From positions 620,001 through 684,000 of the forward strand of contig JBHGNT010000018.1 of NCBI GenBank assembly GCA_043228905.1: a stretch of 64,000 nucleotides of DNA. The letters run 5' to 3'. Below, in pieces: positions 59,901-64,000 of this stretch. The stretch comes from Azolla caroliniana. Lineage: Eukaryota; Plantae; Polypodiophyta. Every line of letters starts with the position of its first letter. The stretch's first letter is position 1. The notes beneath the pieces are model-generated. The model made no database searches, had not been told where the DNA came from, and saw nothing but the letters and a program-made list of their open reading frames with translations. Made by a program: the position numbers and the translations under genes.

Positions 59901-62312
59901 AACTCGAGCCGGATTCCCTTCGAGCGACAGTACTCCGCGAACTGCCCCCGGTATTCCCCTCCGTTATCCGCTCGTATCGCTTTCAGCTTCTTGCCGGATT
60001 CCCTTTCCACTCTCGCGTGGAGTTCTTTGAAGACGCACAACACTTGGTCCTTTGTCTTCAACGGTGCCGTCCACAGCTTCCGGCTGTGATCATCAATGAA
60101 TGTTACGAAGTACTGGGCTCCGCCATGTGACTTCGTTTCTACCTGACACACATCAGTGTGCACCAACTCCAATGGTGCGCTACGTCTCGTCGGTGGCCTT
60201 GAGTGGAAAGAGGTTCGGTGCTGCTTACCGGCCAGGCAATCGGTGCACTTCTCCAGGTGCACATGCTTCACTGGAATAAGGTTGTCTTCTGCAAGCCTCT
60301 TCATCCCCTTCTCACTCATGTGGCACAGTCTCTTGTGCCACAGCTCACCGGCAGTGTCGGCTGCCACGTTCAACTCTTCCGGACACAACCAGGCATTCAT
60401 AAGGTACAGTGTGTTGACTTTCCGGGCCCGAGCCACTATCAGGCTCCCCTTGCTGAACTTCATTACGCCGTTCCGGATGCTACCTGTGTAGCCTTCATCG
60501 TCTAGCCTCCCAGCCGAAATCAGGTTCAATCGAACCTCCGGAACGTGTCGGACATCCTTCAGCAGCATTTTGCATCCGGTCGAGGTTGTCAACCACACGT
60601 CTCCTATGCCGGCAATCCGGCACGTACCTTCATTTCCCATCCGAACACAGCCATGCTCACCGACTGTGTAGGATGAGAAGTATCTTCTCTCCGGGGTCAG
60701 GTGGAACGATGCTCCGGAATCGACCACCCAGGTCGTCTCATCGCCGGCAATGTTTAGTTCACCTTCTTCGGTGATGAGCATGATTTCCTCTTCACTTGCC
60801 GCGAGTGTCGTCGTTCCTTTCCGGTCCTGCCCTCGCCGATCCGAACCATTCCGGTCCGTGGCTCCCCGGTAAGCACCGTTCCGATCCGAAGACTTCTTCG
60901 AATCGGTGTCGTCGGCTCCGTTGTCTTTTCGGTAATGCCGACAATTCTTTCGGAAGTGCCCCGGCTTCCCACAGTGGAAGCATGTGGGCCTTCCTCTTGA
61001 CTGCGACCGGGTCCCCGACTTCTCCCGTCTTTGCGGACTCCGGTTCCGTTGTCTTCCCCGATCCGATTCGGTAAACAACATCTTCGGATCGGAGGCCGGT
61101 TCTTTATCTCTCCGACGCGCTTCTTCGTTCAAAATACTTGTCTTTACCGTTTGTAGGGACAAGTTATCTTCGGTGCAGGAGGTGCTGAGAGTCACCACCA
61201 AGTTCTCCCAGCTTTCCGGCAATGTACACATCAGAATGATGGCTTGCATTGCATCCTCCAGCGGGAACTTGATCGCCGCAAGCTGGTTCACGAATCCCAT
61301 GAACGTGCTTACGTGTTCCACCATACTCTCGCCGTCCCGGTACTTGAGGTTCACTATCTTCCTCATCAGGGAGGTCCGGTTCAACGCATTCTTCCTCTCG
61401 TAGAGGCCCGACAGCTTCCGCCACATCTCATATGCGTTGGTGTCGTTCGCCACATGTTGTAGAACGCTCACGTCGACGTATTGCCGAATGGTTGCAACGG
61501 CTTTCCGGTTCAGAAGCCTCCATTCCGACTCAAGTACCCCCTTCAGTATTTCCGACCTGTCAATCGGTTCGTACAGGTCCCGAACAATCAGAAGATCCTC
61601 CATCTTGATCTTCCAGTCGGCGTAATTCTGCGCATTCAGCACCATCATCCCCGGCTGCCCGCTGCCGCCGCCTTCCATTTTCTGCAGCAGCCTGCTCTGA
61701 TACCAAATTGATGGAAATAATCGACACTTTCCAAACTTCACCTCTCGGCCACAACCAAGGAAACACACGAATCGTTGTTGCAGAAAATGGGAAATGCAAA
61801 AGTAAGTAAGTGGACACACGATTTAACGTGGAAAACCCTGTACGGGAAAAACCACGAGAGTACAAGACTCCGAACCAAAACTATGCACAGAGAAATATAC
61901 AATGGCGAGCTGCAAGGCGACAACCTTGAGCTCGCTGTCCTCGCCACAGGCGGCGGGATTACACAGAGGTGTCGACCTCTTCCTCTCTCACGCTCTATCT
62001 CTCTCACGGCTGCTCTCTCTTCACTCCTCTTGAGTGGAAAAACAGAAAAATGAGTAGCAACATAAAAACTGTTTGCCCTAAGTCATATTTATACACATAT
62101 GACTTTAGGGCTATTTACAACTATAGCCTCAAGGGCCCTTGGCAAACATATTCACAGATATGTCCCCGCATCCGGATCTCTCTCCGGGTACATTCGTCAT
62201 CCGGCTCCGAAGCCGGGGTCTTCATCATCCGGTTCCGAAACCGCAACCGGGCTTGTCGTCATTCATCTCCGGACATCCGACCATCCCATCCGGAGGGACC
62301 GTAATCCCAACA
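56991..62312 (-). mobile_element. Intact, very young Tnt1/Tork-like Copia (LTRs 62312-61709 and 57594-56991)
   Basis: 604-bp LTRs with 1 visible mismatch; TSD GGGAA; tRNA-iMet PBS 61705-61694; PPT GAAGGGGGAGTT. Confidence 0.97.
57605..61678 (-). CDS. Uninterrupted Copia Gag-Pol polyprotein (~1357 aa)
   Basis: First ATG after the PBS (MEGGGSG); CFHCGKPGHFRKNC, WVVDSGAS, HTDV..IRADNGGEY..LAERMN, QMDVKTAFLHG, LLYVDDM, FTDSD, TKHI, SDMLTK; RT resembles tobacco Tnt1. Confidence 0.95.
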   Translation of the reverse strand: MEGGGSGQPGMMVLNAQNYADWKIKMEDLLIVRDLYEPIDRSEILKGVLESEWRLLNRKAVATIRQYVDVSVLQHVANDTNAYEMWRKLSGLYERKNALNRTSLMRKIVNLKYRDGESMVEHVSTFMGFVNQLAAIKFPLEDAMQAIILMCTLPESWENLVVTLSTSCTEDNLSLQTVKTSILNEEARRRDKEPASDPKMLFTESDRGRQRNRSPQRREKSGTRSQSRGRPTCFHCGKPGHFRKNCRHYRKDNGADDTDSKKSSDRNGAYRGATDRNGSDRRGQDRKGTTTLAASEEEIMLITEEGELNIAGDETTWVVDSGASFHLTPERRYFSSYTVGEHGCVRMGNEGTCRIAGIGDVWLTTSTGCKMLLKDVRHVPEVRLNLISAGRLDDEGYTGSIRNGVMKFSKGSLIVARARKVNTLYLMNAWLCPEELNVAADTAGELWHKRLCHMSEKGMKRLAEDNLIPVKHVHLEKCTDCLAGKQHRTSFHSRPPTRRSAPLELVHTDVCQVETKSHGGAQYFVTFIDDHSRKLWTAPLKTKDQVLCVFKELHARVERESGKKLKAIRADNGGEYRGQFAEYCRSKGIRLEFTVPKTPELNGLAERMNRTIMERVRSMLAHAKLPKGFWAEAMSTATYVINRSPSVPLDGDTPQRVWTGREVSYRHLKVFGCLAYVHVAKDRRGKLDPKTRPCIFLGYGDDEFGYRVWDPVDKKIFRSRDIIFMENKTLADWESEKKMKSSKSTGEDKLYEEQSRPARDRLTLEDPAEDGEETEPAEEDENDTGTGPDPEMDSDEEESEEPVTEAPERRYPLRERRAPRRFPEPEHVLLTDEGEPESFEEAKHDTHSRRWLSAMQEEMDSLHENHTYELVELPKGKRALRNKWVFKLKPGDAGNPPRYKARIVVKGFQQKKGVDFDEIFAPVVKMTSIRTVLSIAASMDLEVEQMDVKTAFLHGDLEEEIYMQQPEGFEKKGKEHLVCRLKKSLYGLKQAPRQWYRKFDSFMTDEGYHKTQSDHCVFVKKFEGGDFLILLLYVDDMLIVGRDQVKIRMLKKALHRTFSMKDLGPARQILGMHIIRDRKKKQLWLSQEKYVTKVLHRFNMSEARPVGSTLPANCKLSSKQSPKTKAEKEDMMKVPYASAVGSLMYAMVCTRPDIGYAVGVVSRYMSNPDKEHWNAAKWILRYLKGTANVCLRFGFGKPELDGFTDSDMSADADTSRSTSGYVMTYAGGAVSWQLRLQKTVALSTTEAEYMAAVEAGKEIIWMKDFIRELGIRQEEYRLYCDSQSAIHLAKNAAYHSRTKHIQRRYHWIRERIEDKEFVLTKIHTDENGSDMLTKVLTPDKLEACRKRIGLERHPMPK

Positions 62313-64000
62313 GGGAAAACATATAGCCAGAGGTGGATCGGCGATCCGATGCATCGTCAGCCCAGTCGGCATCGGTGTAGCCGACTAGCTCTTCGGTTAT
62401 ACCATGTCGGTATAACAGTCCCCGTTCCTTGGTGCCGCTCACATATCGCATAATTTGATGCACGCACAAAAGGTGCTCCACGGTCGGCTTCTGCATATAT
62501 TGGCTGATCACGCCGACCGGATAACTGATGTCGGGTCAGGTGATTGTCAAATATATAAGGCTTCCGACGATTTGTCGGAACCGCTTCTCATCGCAGGCCG
62601 GTCCGGAGTTGGGACGGAGCTTCTGGTTCCAGTCTAGGCGTGTGGAGATCGGTCGGCATTCTGTCATGCTGAACTTGTACAACATATTCAACACATAGTG
62701 TCTTTGTGAGAGCAATATGCCATCGGGGGTTCGGATCACTTCGATCCCAAGGAAATAGTGAAGGTCCCCCAGGTCCTTCATCTCAAATGTGTCCGACAAC
62801 TGGGACTTGACTCGGTTGATTCCATCGAGTCCGGGTCCGTTGATGACTAGATCATCAACATACAATAAGATGCAAACCGGACCATTCGGACCTTGCCGGA
62901 TAAACAATGAAGAGTCAGACTTGGAGGCCGCAAACCCCATCTTATGCAACCGATGCGTGATCTTCGCATTCCAAGCTCGGGGGGCTTACTTCAAGCCATA
63001 AAGTGACTTCTTCAGCCGGCATACCGCCGACTCGTTCATCCCCGACTGGAAACCAGGGGGTTGGGTCATAAAGACCTCTTGTTCAAGATTGCCTTGAAGA
63101 AATGCATTCTTCACGTCCATCTGGTGAAGATGCCACCCCCTTGCCGCAACAACCGCTAGCACCACACGAACCGTAGTCATCTTCGCAACCGGAGCAAATG
63201 TCTCGTCGTAGTCGATTCTGTGGGTCTGTGTGTATCCCTTTGCCACTAACCGGGCCTTGTATCAGTTAACCGAACCATCGGCATTGTACTTTACCTTGTA
63301 CACCCACTTACATCTGATCGGTTACAGTGTCGGGGAGGGTCAACTAGGTCCCATGTGTCGTTGGCATCAAGTGCCCGCATTTCTTCCTCCGTAGCGGCAC
63401 GCCAATTTGCGTCCCTTGCCGCTTCTACGTAGCTCTCCAGCTCACGCACTTCCGCCACCTTGGTCATGTACGCATAATGATGCGCCATGTACTCATGTAC
63501 CCGTACCGTGTAACGGGTTTCTTCTAGCAGGAAGACCGGCGTAACTTGGTATTACCCGGTTTGAGGTCCTTCTTGGCCAGGTCAGACTTCATCCTTCATC
63601 CTTTCCGGAGTCGGATTCGCTTCAATCCGACTCAACGTTTCCGGTTTCGTATTCCGACATCTTCTTCTTCCCCTTCTCTTTGCGCGTGAACAGTCTCGTC
63701 GGTTCCTTGCCTGGGGAGAGCACGGCAAAGTCTCCATTACTCACCGGTTCCTCATCTGACTGGTCATCCCGACTCAGTCGCTCATTCGGTCCACTTACCC
63801 GAAATGAGATCGGACTCTCTTCTAGAGTGTTGAGGTCTTCATCTTCTATTTCGATCGGTTCAAGCTCACTAGCCTCATCCTCCGGTATCGGGTCAGGGTC
63901 GGAAGTCGGAGCCGGTAAAGCATACCATGATGTCATCTCATCAAACTCAACATCCCAACTAACTTGGACTTGCTTCATCCGGGGGTTATAACACTTATAC

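Larger units (their letters stand above)
55594..64000 (-). mobile_element. Degenerate clade B Copia running off the window (3' LTR 55594-56007, PPT, RH, RT, INT end)
   Basis: LTR homologous to 22953-23419; PPT 56008-56018; [31 protein letters not shown]; host frame SGYMFS-LGSAVVAWSSKKQ rejoins across 56991-62312. Confidence 0.88.

Noticed and set aside
61679-61819. N-terminal extension of Tork Gag-Pol
   Set aside because: It runs through LTR U5 and the PBS from a non-ATG start; the first ATG after the PBS is 61678.

Overview
Land-plant nuclear DNA; a seed-free plant such as a fern is a guess from TE families and composition. A ~11 kb gene island (28.4-39.4 kb) holds a tri-ubiquitin gene with a frameshift in unit 3 and a convergent 12-exon RRP6-like exosome exonuclease gene. 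A type II metacaspase gene with one in-frame stop lies at the left edge. Most of the rest is deeply nested LTR retrotransposon sequence: Tnt1/Tork-like and a second Ty1/Copia clade, two Ty3/Gypsy elements and solo LTRs with clean TSDs, plus one hAT MITE. Two Copia elements are very young (12418-17845; 56991-62312, the latter with an intact ORF). Most notable: (1) six tRNA-like Pol III A-box/B-box modules with tRNA-canonical spacing but unrelated middles, four antisense in the U3 of three TGTC-type LTRs and two convergent in an unclassified insertion; (2) a Copia element split inside its protease motif into two oppositely oriented halves 15.5 kb apart that share one TSD, i.e. an inversion or a mis-join; (3) a conserved inverted repeat bracketing the PPT/U3 junction in otherwise dissimilar Copia LTRs. 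All coordinates were read by eye and no database searches were run.
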